In this document: positions 28,036 through 44,827 of the stretch, in pieces
Layout of the letters: each line of letters opens with the position of its first letter
How positions within the stretch are numbered: position 1 is the stretch's first letter
Assembly (NCBI RefSeq): GCF_009914755.1
Contig: NC_060935.1
Reading direction: 5' to 3' (one strand)
DNA: 64,000 nucleotides
Origin: the human T2T-CHM13v2.0 reference genome, Homo sapiens
Position numbers and translations under genes: made by a program
The notes under the pieces: generated by a model
Database searches by the model: none
What the model was told of the DNA's origin: nothing
The model's input: the letters and a program-made list of their open reading frames with translations, nothing else

Positions 28036-29399
28036 AAATTCCCAAAACCCAACTTCCTAACCTACTACCTGATATTCATCATCATCTGTAATTTCCATGT
28101 AACCATTCCCCTCCCTTCTTCCTGTCAGGAATTCATCTTGTTCCTTTATGATAGTACACTGAGAACGTTACGAAAAACCACCTAGTAAGTGGCCAGGTCA
28201 GTTTTTATTACAACTTATGGTTAAATTCTTGCTTAATATGTAACTTATTTTCTTCCTAATACATATTAAACAGTTTCCATTGGAGACATGCAGCCTTTTT
28301 GTTTATTTACCTTCTTTCTTGATTTTTATAGTTTCTCTCTCACCTTAGTATGCTATGTAAATTTAATGAGCTATTTACTCCAATTTCTTAGGGGGAGTGA
28401 CAGATCTTCCGACTCCTGCACAATGGATGTTTTCATGAACACATTTTCTCAGAGGTGATACCCAGCTCTACACTTTCTGTTATTAAGAGTAGCATCCTCA
28501 GAGGGTGCCAGAAATGAATTGTTCTTACAGTTTGTTTATGTCCATTAGCACCTAGAACAGCAAGAAACACACATACTCCTTAGCAGGATGATCTCGACAG
28601 CATTTTCCAGTTAAAGTTCTTCAAAAATGCCCTCTCATCTTGGGTGCAGAAGAACAGTTAGTTCTTTCTATCGGGTTTCACTCATGTGCAAGCATTCAGA
28701 TAGAGATATTACCTCCATTTTTTTTTAAAGAATAGAAAGGATTATTTATTCCAGTGTTGTTCACAATGATTTACCCATTACTCCTCTCTTCTGCATGATC
28801 AGTGATGCCTTCAGGGAAGCAGTTGTCCTAAGTTTGGAGGAAAAAATAAACAGGTAGTAAATGAATCATCTCTAAATAGACCAAAAGGAGTTTGGACTAT
28901 TGAATACTGGTAAATCACAGAAAGATTGAATATTTGATGTGCACTATGGCATTCTCTCTCCATAATCATTATTTTTTCCTAAACATGGTTGGGGTCTTGA
29001 CTAATTGGACTCCATGCTTATCAGTTCAATGTCTTCTAATTCATGTTCTATTCTGGCAGACTCACCTTTCTCAAAATTAATATAATTACATCACTCTCTT
29101 GCTTATAACTCCTAATGGTCACATAAATTCAAGATATCCAGCCACAACTGGGCCCACAAGGTGTTCCCATTCTCTTTTCACTTATGAGGTGATAGAAGCT
29201 TTAAGTTGAGGTCTCCCTTCACCTGCCTGATACTTGCCTAAACCTACCAAGATGGCACTTGTACCCATCCTCTTTTTTTTCTGCCTGTACAATGGAAGAA
29301 ATGTTCATCTTCTGAATCTCTCCATCTATGTTTTGTATGCCATCCATTTTCACTTTCAGAGGGAAATAGCCAGTATTTGACAGGCAGTAAATCTAAAGT

Positions 29400-29980
29400 G
29401 TCAATTAGACAGTCCAGTAGAGATGTCAAGAAGAACAACTACGAGAAAAAGGAGCTTTTTGTACATCTGCTATTTGGAGACATGGTGGGTTGGGTAAACG
29501 TAGATGGAAAATAGAAGAACATCTAGGTCTGGTTTGGGGCTATTCTGTCATTCAGCGCTTTCACAGAGAAAGAAGTGTGCTGGGACAGAAGGATTTTCCA
29601 GGGAGGTGGAATGAAAACCATGAGGTGTGGTGCCATAGAATTCAAGAAATCAGAGTACTTGAGCAGATTAAAATACTTCTAAGTGTTTAAAATGAGAACA
29701 TAGGTGTGATTTTATGTTGACTTTGATGAGGTAGAGGTCCTTGGTTTCACAATAAAGTAGTTTCAGAGGAGTGACTGGGGCAGAATTGCAGTTAAGTAGC
29801 AGATACAAGGTGAAGAAGTGGAGACAATGATTATGGATCCTTCCTTTGAGAAGTTCTCTTGTACAAAGGAGGAGACAAATAAGATAATAGAGACATGGGG
29901 TGATCAAAAGAGAATGTTTTAAAACAATTTTTACACGTGGGAGATCTGAGAATATTTTTTGTACTGAGAAATGGAGAAGT
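29400..29980 (-). mobile_element. L2 fragment
   Basis: AGTCCAGTAGAGATGTCAAG...AAGTAGTTTCAGAGGAGTGACTGGGGCAGAA, degenerate antisense L2 text. Confidence 0.5.
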
Positions 29981-30498
29981 GGAGAGACTGATGATGCAGA
30001 GATCTTCTGCCTTTGGTGTTTCAATCTTTGTTTCTCTTCTGGAAAACTTCTATCAGAATTTATTCCATTTCTACTCTTTTTTTCTGTTAAAGAAGACACA
30101 GTTCTTAAAAGAATAATTTATACTGTAGTCTCCATCTTCTTACCACCTTATTCACTTGCTCAATTCATTGCCATCTTGCTTTAGTCCCTGTAACAGCACT
30201 GAAATCACTTGTTGCTAAATCTAATTGAAACTCTTTGGTCCTTATCTGACTTAATATCTCAGCATTGTAATCTTTCCCCCTTAAAAACACCTGCTTTCTT
30301 TGCTTCATTTTCACCCTATGTCTCTGATTCTGTCACTCAGTCTTCTTTGTAAGGGTTCTCTTCTTTAACTGTGATGTTTCTCAGACTCCCTTTTCTCATT
30401 TCATATATTCTCTCTCAATAGAAAAATGGTTTTGAGGACCATCCAACAGCCACAGCCCCCTAGATCTATATTTTAAGCCCATCGTTTTAGGAAGATAC

Positions 30499-30844
30499 TG
30501 TCTTAGGTTGTTCCGGCTGCTATAATATAATACCATAGATTAGATGGCTTATTTCCCACAGTTCTGGAGGGTAAAGGTCCAAGATCAAGGTGCTGGTAGA
30601 TCCAGTGTCTGGTGAGGGCTTGCTTCCTGGTTCATAGACAGTAGTTTTCTGTATGTTTTCTCACAGCATGGAAGAGACAAGGAAGTTTTGTGGGTCCTCC
30701 TTTATAAGAGCAATAATCCCATTCATGAGGGTTCCATTCTCACGATCTAATTTATTCACAAAGCCTCCACCTTCCAGTAATATCACATTGAGGATTAGGT
30801 TTCAACTTACGATTTTGGGCAATACAAACATTCATTCCATAGCA
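30499..30844 (-). mobile_element. MLT1A/MST-type MaLR solo LTR within an L2 fragment (about 30100-31100, +)
   Basis: TGTCTTAGG...CACAGTTCTGGAGG...GTCCAAGATCAAGGTGCTGG...ACATTCATTCCATAGCA. Confidence 0.8.
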
Positions 30845-33473
30845 GATACAGACATATATACTCATTTTCCTACTTGATGTCACTATTCAATTTCACATAA
30901 ACATTTTAGACTTAATACATCCAAGACAACTCATCTTTTTCCTCATTGTGTTCTTTCTCTATGACTTCAAAGAATGACCCACAGCCTAAATTGTTGTTAG
31001 AAATCTGGACATTTTTCTTGTCTCCCCTTTACCTCGCACATGTGATCAATCACAGTCTTGTTAAAGCTACCTTGTATATATCTCTTGAATTTGTCTATTC
31101 TCTTTACTCTGAATTATTTTACTTTTACTTTTTCTCTGAAGTGAAAGAGTACAAGGGCTACAATTTACTTTTCTAATGTATTCTCTTTAGTTCTGGGCTA
31201 TCAGAGTTAAATTAGTGTTTAAATATTGCTGGGCTACTCTCATCTATGTGTCTTTCAACTTGAAGAAGGATGAAAATATAGAAAAGGAAAAAATAGATTT
31301 TTGTAACTAGACCAGTACATTTTGGAATAAGAGACAGAATACAGCTTAATTAATAGATTTTTGTATTAGTGTAGAACCAAATAAAATTTAAAACATGCAA
31401 TGGCTTCTTTAGATTTTGAATAATAAGGATGTTATTTGTGAAAAATAGATTGGAGTCAGGGTTCAGGGAAAATATGGGAGGTATGAAAGTTATGTTAGCA
31501 GATAAGCAAGAGAGTAAGAGAGCCTGAATTAGAATGCAAGAGGACCTTTGGATGTATACAAAGAAAACTGTCTTCTCTATTTATACACTTATTAAGTAAC
31601 ATAGAGACTTTAAAGTCTACCTTTCATTTCTGAAATATATTTCTGATAATTTCTTTTTCACTAGTTTCCTAAGAAATGGGTAGATCTTATCTTTCTAAAC
31701 TGTTTAGCTAGATTCCCCTCAGCCACTGGACATAACACTTTAGGTGATTGTTGGTTGTTGAATGAATATATTTTAATTTTCTCCAGAAAATCAGAGTGCT
31801 TAATTGAAAACACATAGCTGCCTTGCAGACTTTTGTCACTGCTTCAAAGATACTTCAAGTAAATTACCAGAAAGCATAAATATATTTTTCATCTGAAGTG
31901 AACCTATAGTGTAGAATTTTCCAAGTATTGGGTTCATCCCAGTAATTAGAAATAAGAAGCCCTTCTCAGTACCAATAAGAACTTTTTTAGTTTCAAAAAT
32001 ATGCACAGGTTTTTAAAAACACTGAGCTCTTCTTGTAGAGACTGAGTAGAATAGCACCAAGATTTAAAATAAATCTTGATAAAAGATGCACAATAGAGTG
32101 GAAATTACTCCTAAATGGAATGTTGCAAGACCCTGGGACTCCAAGCATTGAAGGGAACTGTAGGAGTCTGGATGGATGAATATTGGGAAAAAATGGGGAG
32201 AATCCAGCTGTGTCAGTGAGATTTCTCTGAGAAGATAGAGCAGGTTACATACAGAAAGTAGCTACTTCCTGTCATTTGACATTAAATCTGGACACTCAGA
32301 AGAGTTGCATTACTTAGTGTGAGCTCTAAATTATGGTATAGATTCAAACTGTGCACACCATGGAACTGGAGAAGGTAATCCTATTAGTTCATACTGCGGT
32401 TCCAACATAAATACTTAGTGGACTATGCCAAATCAACCCAGGGTATTGGTAATTGTCCCACATTGGGTCTTAGTGCATAGGAAGTGAAGACAATGTCACT
32501 TGTCTACCCCCTGGAGTACATGGATCCAAGGAGGGGCTATGGACTTGGGTGAGACATTTGTAGGAAAGGGGGCTTAGGGCAGTAAGATCTTGAAAGGCTG
32601 ATATTAGAAATAAAGGGCTGGACCTTGGATGGTGATGACTCAGAAGCATAGGTAACTGTTGAAAATATCAGCAGTTACCTTCAATAAAGAGACCTGGGCA
32701 AGTAAGTAATAAGAAAATATAGAACTGTACATTTATCTAAAATTGTATACTTTTTGATATATTTGATTATTGGGTTTTACTTTATATTTGAATTGTATAA
32801 ATCATTGACTTTAAACCAGCAACATCCATCTCTGGACAGATAAGCTCAGTAAGTGCAATTGCTTGAATAAATCAGGCATAAACAGTAGCACAATTAATGC
32901 ATTTACATTTTGTTCTTTCATTTTGAACATATTACCCAGACCACCTGTTGCCTTCTGTACTGTGCAAGTTCCAGTCAGGAAGACAAAAAATACGCTAAGC
33001 ATTTCAAATGAAGGGATTTGATACAGGTAATGAGTTACAAAGGCTTTGAAGGCTGGGGGAAAAAAGGGGGAAGCACTGAAGTAATAAGGAAGCAGCTACT
33101 ACTCTTTGGAATTGAGGTTTAAAAAAAAAGAGAGAGATGTGAGGTGGATTTAGCAGAATCCAGGTACTCAGCTCTCTGAGGAAGGGGCATCTCTGGCTGT
33201 TGCTAGATTTCTGAGAGTGTGATGAGGCTGATTCTAGGAGTGCTAAGGGAAGCTGAAGGATGGAACCAAGCTGACAAGAGCAAAAAAACCAACCAAACAA
33301 ACAAACAAGCAAGTCCCTTCTCTCTACTTCCTCCCTCCAATCCCCCTATAGCGTCTCCTGTTGGTAGAAACCAATAGGAACCAGCTAACTTTGCATTTTG
33401 GGAAATGTACTTCATATGGCCACAAAGCTGAGTAGAGAAATAAGGATGAATTTGTAGGTAAAAAACAATATGT

Positions 33474-33853
<380 letters not shown>

Positions 33854-33984
33854 TCAGTAAATTACACATAAAGTAGCTTCTGCCTAAGGGGTTATTTTTG
33901 GGGTGATGTATTATTAGGCAACCTTTAGTGAATTTGATTGCCTGTGGTATTAAATTCACTACTTAAGTGATTCTTAAGTACCCT

Positions 33985-34958
33985 TGTTACCACAGCCTAG
34001 ACATTGAGTTCTTTGGCTCTCACATAAGTAGAAATTAACACTATGCCAGACAGAAATTTTTCTCAGCCAAGGTTTCACAGGCTTTCATTTCATAGGCTTG
34101 TGGCATGAGCACACAAGGGAGCAGTGTACAGCAATGGGATCCTGGTACCAGCTCCTGGAGGGGCTTGGCTCTTGTCATTTTAAGGAAGGTGAGGTGGGAA
34201 GAGGAGTGACATAGAAATGTCTCTAGGTGGGGTCTTTTTCTCACTTGTGCAGTGGTACCTCATACTCAAGCATCACATGACCAGAAAATGAGGGTTAAAC
34301 TCTATCTTGGGTGGAGATTTTAGTATTACAATGAAATTATAATGAAAAAAAAAAGTCAGTGAAAGGTCAGCACTGGAGTCCGTCTTGTGTTCAGGCAGGT
34401 GGACTTGATCAGGTTCTTGGACACAGTCTACCTCTGTCACTCAGGCTGAAGTGCAGTGGCACCATCTCGGCACACTGCAACCTCTGCCTCCAGGGTTCGA
34501 GCAGTTCTCGTGCCTCAGCCTCCGGAATACTGGGATCACAGGCATGTGCTGCCTCACCCGACTAATTTTTTGTATTTTTTATTGAGACAGGGTGTCATCA
34601 TGTTGCCAAGGCTGATCTCGAACTCCTGACCTCAAGCGGTCAGTCAGCCTTGGCTGCCCAAAATGCTGGAATTACAGGACTGAGCCACCACGCCTGGTCA
34701 GGTTCTTATCAGGGATGCTGGAGTCTTGCTTCAGGGACTTCAGAAGGCACTACTTGAAGAGATAAATGGTTAGATTCTTCCTTTTATGATTAGGAACTCA
34801 GCCTGGTCAGCTAAATTAGGAGAGGCGCCTCTTCCTCCTACATGACTTGTTAAGGGAGGCAAAAAGGTAGGGGAGAGATACACCCAGATATGAAAGGCCC
34901 ATCGGGGCCTTGGTGTCATATCTCTGTGGGGACCAAGTATTTTCTCTATAATGTCTCA
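33985..34958 (-). mobile_element. 3' LTR of the provirus (contains AluJ)
   Basis: TGTTAC...TGTCTCA termini. Colinear with 44109-44827 (shared CATAAGTAGAAATTAACAC, GTGGAGATTTTAGTATT, CAGCCTGGTCAGCTAA). Abuts the PPT CTTAGGGGGGAT on the minus strand. Confidence 0.88.
34419..34698 (-). mobile_element. AluJ-type element with essentially no A tail, in the 3' LTR only
   Basis: Diverged antisense Alu (CTCCTGACCTCAAGCGGT) with TSD TCAGGTTCTT on both sides. Confidence 0.85.
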
Positions 34959-34990
34959 ATCCCCCCTAAGAGGTTTTAACCTCCTTATTC

Positions 34991-35287
34991 TTTTTTTTTT
35001 TCTTTTGAGACAGAATCTCACTCTGTCACCCAGGCTGGAGTGCAGTGGCGCTATCTCGGCTCAATGTAACCTCCGCCTTCTGAGTTCAAGCAATTCTCCT
35101 GCCTCAGCTTCCTGAGTAGCTGGGATTACAGGCACATGCCATCATGCCCAGCTAATTTTTAAATTTTTAGTAGAGACGGGGTTTCACCATGTTGGCCAGG
35201 CTCGTCTCAAACTCCTGACCTCAGGTGATCCACACGCCTCGGCCTCCTAAAGTGCTAGGATTAATGCAAGAGCCACCACACCTGGCC
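34991..35287 (-). mobile_element. AluS between env and PPT
   Basis: Full antisense Alu with imperfect TSD AACCTCCTTATTCT/AACCTCATTACTCT. Confidence 0.92.
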
Positions 35288-35345
35288 TCAACCTCATTAC
35301 TCTTAGGGGGAGAAAGGAATGAAAATCTTGTCTTCTATAACTGCT

Positions 35346-36927
35346 TCATGCTGAGCAGGGTCTGTCATCCCTACCTGCTCCAGAGGCATAGAAATCTCTT
35401 GCTATCCAATCTAATGATTTATAGGGACTTGCTCCTTCCTGCAGTGGCTCAGGCTGGTACCCTTCGGCCAGCATCAATTTTATCTGAAACTGTTGCAATC
35501 TGGAAGACACAAACTTTACTAAAAGATTAAGTAGACAAGGGCTGAAGATTAGTAATAATAATACAGCTACTTAAGGTTCTAAGAAGGGCAGAAACCAGGT
35601 GAGACTTGGGAAGGCACTTTTGGTGATTGATCAGACATAATTTGGGTCAGTTCCCTGGTTAGATCTATGTTACCATGTAGCTTGTTTGGATATTTTTTGT
35701 ATATTGGTCTCAACCTTTCCAGAGCTATTGACGTAAGTGCAACCAGTTTTGTTGATAACTGCACACACACCCTCCCTGGTCAGCTAGAACATGGTCTAAT
35801 CCTAGCCGATTGTTGACAACACCACCATTTGGTCTAGGGAAGCCTGGAGACCTTATAAGCCTTCTCTTATATTTGTGGTCAACTTTTCTGTAATCTGTGT
35901 AAGGTTTTTAAAAGTTATTTCATGTTAGGTGAAGCCCCTCAGGGAGCTACCCTTCCCATAGCTGCCATAATTTCTGCCAGGATTAGCTCAGTTGGTCTCT
36001 TATATTCTAATTTTGGAAGTAAGGTTATGAACTGTTACTCTATTGGAGCCCAACTGTCTTACGGTAACTTTTCCTTGGAACTGGGGGTGTCCAAACAAGG
36101 ATAGGCTAAGGCCTGTAAGTTGAATGGGAAGATGGGGTCTGTTTCTCCCTTGTAGGACCTTGACTGCTACAAAGGAATACATATCCAGGGGCTGGGCCTG
36201 CCTGATGGGGTATAGAGGAGTTGAGCCATTTATTCGAACTAGGTTCTCAGGAAGGAATGTTGCTGCTGCATTGGGGTGAAAGAGGTCTTCCCACTGAGTT
36301 CTGGGTCTTTGCACCCAGGGAATGCCCTTTCTCCCTTAGGAAGTAGACAAAAGAACCTCCATGTTATACTCTCCATACCTGTCCAATCTGTACGTCATCC
36401 CTGTGGAGATGATGGGGTGGAACCAGTCAGGATGTTTTAGTAAATGAGAGGCGCGGTACCAATAGGTAGTATTAGTTTGACATTGTTCAGGGATATTGAA
36501 TGCCATTGGGTAAATTGAGGGTGGACGCCAACTGTCTACATATATTATATTTGCCCAAGGACTGGTTCTACAAGGACAACAGGGGGCTGTCAAGGATGGA
36601 CAATTAAGCATTTAGATCTCCTTCCAAATGGATTGGTTATAGATGTCTGTGAGGCACACACATTCAAGTCTTTCTGTTACTTCAATTTGTGTAGTCATAG
36701 GTGATGGCTTTTCAACATAGTCAGAGGTAAGATTTAATGTCAAATTGGTCTTAGTGGGGACAAATTGGAGCTTAGTTCCTCCCACCTGTAGGTGTGGTGG
36801 CAAATCTAACAGTTAGGTTGTTCCTTGAGGTGATAATCCTGGAAAAATTGATGAGTGAGTTTTCTTCCCATTGGGCCCTAGTAGCAACGAGTATGTGGAG
36901 AAGGAGGAAGAGGAAGTTATTTCTCAT
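35346..36927 (-). pseudogene. Defective env, EnvV (ERVV-1/ERVV-2)-like
   Basis: N-terminus MRNNFLFLLLHILVATRAQWEENSLINFSRIITSRNNL/NC*ICH (signal peptide and CWIC motif). Fusion region ELILAEIMAAMGRVAP*G/FT*HEITFKNL. ISD and CX6CC region VVNNRLGLDHVLADQGG/VCAVINKTGCTYVNSSG. TM region KSAFPSLTWFLPFL...FSPCLLNLLVKFVSSRLQQF. Contains stops and frameshifts. Confidence 0.85.
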
Positions 36928-37149
36928 TGTGATCCTGCCTTAAACCTAGCAAGGACAGAAAGAAAAGGTCCTTACCAGCGGGAGGGGCTGTCCAGATGGT
37001 AGAACAAGAAAACGGTAATTAGGGTGAAGAGAAAAATTAGTTTTCCTATGCTTACTCACAGCATTATGTGTTTGCATCTGGCTATCGGTTCTTGTAAACC
37101 TGTAGTGGAGGCCTTCCACTCATTCACGGGAGGAAAGGGGGCTTTCTGG

Positions 37150-40860
<3,711 letters not shown>

Positions 40861-40899
40861 TGGATTCTTGGGTGCCATTAGTCAGTGGCACAGTCTCCC

Positions 40900-42453
40900 T
40901 CATGGGAGAGATTTTCCAAGACGAGGATCCTGTCTGGAAAGTCAACTGACCTCCCTGCTTTGAGGTGGTCAGGACAATCCCTTTTCCAGTGCCCATCCTT
41001 CTGGCAATATGTGCATTGGTTAGGTCCCACATTGGGCAATTGTCTCTTGTCTCTGGTATTCTCTGCCTTTTTGGGTTGCCATGAGGTGGAGGGCTAATCA
41101 AGGTAGCCAAAAGCTGTATTTTCTTGATCAGCCTGATATCTTTTTCCTTTGCTTTGCCCTGTCCCTGTTGTTGAAAACCTTAAAAGCCTTCTCTACCAAT
41201 ACTGACAGAGGGGCTTGGGGCCCTGTCTCTGACTTTTGTAACTTCCTTCTAATATCAGGAGTGAACTGGGTGATAAAATGCAAAGTGCGTAGCCAACAAG
41301 GCTATCCCCTCTGGCAACTCTGGATTAACATATTAATTAGTATACTTTCTGAAGGCTTCTGTAACACAGCTGAGGAGATTCTTCATCAGCCCAGCCTGAG
41401 CTACTTCCCCAACCTTGTCATAATTCACAGGCTTCTTCATGCATTTTCTCATCCCTTCAGCCACGTAGGTAATAAAATGCTCCATCCTACATTTGTCTAT
41501 TTCATCACTAAGGTCCCACCAGGGGTCCTGCTCAGCGATTGTCTTCCCCAAAGCTTGATGAACAGCATATGAGGCATTGGCCTATACAAATGAGTCAGCA
41601 TGTGCCCTTGCCCTTTCACGAATCTGGATCTTTTCATCTGGGGTGGCACAATTGTCTAAAATCACCATCACATCCTAACAGGTTAGGGTGAAGCTCAGAC
41701 ATAGTTTTACAAATTCCTCCCTGAACTTATTGGGGTCCTCTGAGAACTGGCCAAACTTTTCTTTACATACTCTGAGATCTGCCATGGAGAAGGGGATGTG
41801 AACATGAATTATTCTCCCCACCCATTTGCTATCTCCTTTAGGGGATAGAGGCCCTGGACTGGGGGTGAGGTAAAAGTAGGTGCCAGCTTGGAACTCAATC
41901 AGACCCCCGTAGGGGATAGTGGATAGGGCTCTGGCCTTAAAGCCTCTAGTTCTCTATGGGCCTGATCCAGGTATGGTGGAGATTCAGGGGCCAAAGGAGG
42001 CCTTGAACCTGAAAGAGGGCTGGAGGGTTACTATGTATCAGGCCTAGGGTCAGGAAGATTAGGCAGTGACTGTAATAGTGGATGAATGGGTAGCTCCAGC
42101 ACTTGCTTCTCAACCCCAGGCAATAAGCTGGGAATGATAGATGCCATCATGCATATGTGACATGAGTCCAATAATCCAGGATCTTGATACAACTTCATAA
42201 AAGTTCACACGTAAGAGATTTCTTCCCACCTCTGTGACTGCTTATAAAACAAGTTTAGCTGTAAAGTAGCATTATACCTAGGAGACTCATATAATGTTCA
42301 TTGCTCCTAATCTCCCAATGGGTTCTGGGGCCAGGTGATGTTACAAAGGGAGATTACTTTCTTTTTCTTTAGGTCTTCTAGCTTAAATTGCCCCCATTTG
42401 GAGAGAATATATCCTAGAAGAGAGACACTGGGAACACTGAGATCATTGCTCAT
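40900..42453 (-). pseudogene. Defective gag (MA-CA-NC)
   Basis: ATG at 42453 gives MSNDLSVPSVSLLGYILSKWGQFKLEDLKKKKVISLCNITWPQ. CA region HVHIPFSMADLRVCKEKFGQFSEDPNKFREEF and KKPVNYDKV. NC zinc knuckle NQCTYCQKDGHWKRDCP (CX2CX4HX4C). Confidence 0.92.
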
Positions 42454-44086
42454 GTCTAATCCTGCCTCTCCTGTTACCTTTGATTAAAGATCCTGGTAGA
42501 GGGAAAAGCATCAGGGAGTTAGTCTTGATGTAATTCAAGACCTTTAAGCCCAGTAGTCAGCCCAGGATTCCCCTGGATGGAGGAATCCTGGTCCTCAGGG
42601 ATCAGAGAGGAAAACACAGAAATAACAGACATAGTTGTTTCACACTAGCTGCTAAGGAATGGTTGCCCTATGTGTGACTACAAGGCTAGGAATGCCCATG
42701 GTGTGTGTAGTTGAAAGAGTGCACTTGTATTGTACAGGCTACAAGTGTACAGTGCACTTGTGTTGTGTTGAAGATGGGCAGTAGTAGATGCCAACATAAC
42801 TCATCCACTCTTGAGGAAGAAGGCCCCCATTGCTCAAAACTGCTTTTACCTCATTTAGAACACAGGCCAAACAGTCAGGAGGAGGGGGTGAAAGCTGAAG
42901 GACTGAGCTCAGACAATTATAACTGCTCTACCTTTGCCCAGGCCACAGTGGGCCAAACTTGAAGGAGGAAGTGATGGGGGGAAATTAGGGCTATCAAAAA
43001 GATCATGGAGTGGGAGCTCTTGAATCTCAGAGCAAAATAAAGAGGGAGTGAAATATTGAAAGATCAGTATTTTGGTGAGGAGTTCAATTGGACAAAGTTT
43101 TCCCAATCAGAAGCAACGAGAGTGGAGAGTTTCCTATAAAAAAGAAAATGGTTCCAGTGTTCTGCCTGGGAGGTACTCCCCAGGGCAGACAAAAGGGAGA
43201 GCACTCGAGTCTCACTGGACAGTGGAATGAGGGCAAGGAGGAAATTTAGGGAGAAAACCTTTTCATTCATTTCAGGGAGAAAATAGGAGAATATGAAATT
43301 TCTGATAGTTCTCTGCAAATGGGCCAGGTTTAAAGGGGGTGGGTGTGAGAGAGAAAGAAGGGGAAGAAAAAAGACAAGGGAAGGAAAGGAAGGTTGTGAG
43401 GTTTCCAGCCACTGCACAGTGCAGAGCCAATGTCATCACCACTCTTGCTAGTCTCCCATCAGGGAGAGCCTCAGCATCCTAGACCTTCACAGTGTCAGAT
43501 GAATCCCTCCCACCTTTGCAAGTCACAAATCAAGGTGAACTGTTTCCAGCCAGAGGAAGCTAAGGGTACTTTTGGCTGAAATGAGTATGACTGTAGGTGG
43601 CCCTCTGAGATAATCAGAGGAATAAAGTTGGAAGATGGGGAAAGAGAGGGGGAAGGGGAAAAAGAAAGAAAAAAAACTGAGAGACATAAAGAGCCCAAAG
43701 AACCTGGGCATGCAGCAGGACTCATCCCAGCCATTGTTCTTTGGGCTGATCAAGCCCGACTGCCTACCTCCTCAACCAGTCTAGCAGGTTTGTTGGAAAC
43801 TACTCAGAATCTGATGTCAGCCAGTCTGAGGGGTTCTTAAAACCTAGCACAGAGGTGACTAGGACCTCTTACTCCAGAAATCCCTAAGCCAATCAAGAGG
43901 GAAAAGAAAATGAGGGGCAGGGCTCAGAAGGAGAACAAAAGTACCTTGGGCCAAGAGAGGACTCACTGGCTGTAGACACACTGAAGCAAATATTTCAAGT
44001 GGCCACTTCATCTATCACAAGGTCACATTCTGGAGGTCTTGCTGGCTCTCTGGTGCTTCTCCTTAGGGAAATATCCTCACTTATGG

Positions 44087-44104
44087 GCTCCAGCAGAGTC
44101 ACCA
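44087..44104 (-). promoter_or_regulatory. Primer-binding site, tRNA-Arg(TCT)-like
   Basis: Minus strand, 4 nt after the LTR end: TGGTGACTCTGCTGGAGC, 14/18 to the complement of the recalled tRNA-Arg(TCT) 3' end (TGGCGACTCTGGTGGGAC). Confidence 0.6.
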
Positions 44105-44108
44105 AGGC

Positions 44109-44827
44109 TGTTACTGCAGCCCGGACCCCACATTTATTGGTTCTTGCATAAGTAGAAATTAACACCAGGATAAACAGAAATTTTTCTCGGCCACGATTTA
44201 ATAGATTTGTGAATCAAACATACAAGGAAGCAGCATATAGGAAAGGAATCCTGGTACTAGCTCCCCAAGGGGCTCAGTTCTCATCATTTTAAGGAAGGTG
44301 TTGTAGGAAAAGGAATGATGTACAAGCAATGTTTAGATGGGTTTTTTTATACACTTGCATAGTGGGGCATCATGCTCTAACATGTATCACATGACTAGAA
44401 AATGGGGGGATAAGCCTCATTGTCAGTGGAGATTTTAGTATTTCAATGAGATTATAATGAGGAAAAAGTCAATGGAGGGTCAGGATTGGAGTCCATCTTG
44501 TCTTCTGGCAGCTGCATATGCTGCCTAAGAAAACAAAAATGGTCCCAGGTTTATATTGGGAATGCTAGAGTCTTGCTTCAGCAACCTCAGAAGGCATCCA
44601 TCCCTCAAAGAGATAAATGGTCAGATGCTTCCTTTTATGGTTAGCAATTCAGCCTGGTCAGCTAAGTTACGAGAGCCCTCCCCTACCTGTTACATGACTT
44701 GGGTCAGCTTGTTAAGGAAGGCAAAAGGCAGGAGAGGAATATGTCCAGATAACTAAGGCCCATTGGGACCCTGGTTACTGTGTCACTTGTCTGCTGGGAC
44801 CAAGTCTCTTTTTTATACTATCTTCCA
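44109..44827 (-). mobile_element. 5' LTR of the provirus
   Basis: Homologous along its length to 33985-34958 (visually about three-quarters identical) and adjacent to the PBS. Confidence 0.88.

Noticed and set aside
27513-28045. Cluster of overlapping ORFs on both strands
   Set aside because: Artefacts of the TA/TG/CA tandem repeat.
32040-32700. Purine-rich stretch that looked like decayed coding or old LTR-internal sequence
   Set aside because: I found no recognisable protein motif in the frames I tried and cannot assign it without an HMM search.
41081-41572. 163-aa plus-strand ORF antisense to gag
   Set aside because: No recognisable motif; antisense open frames are common opposite decayed coding sequence.
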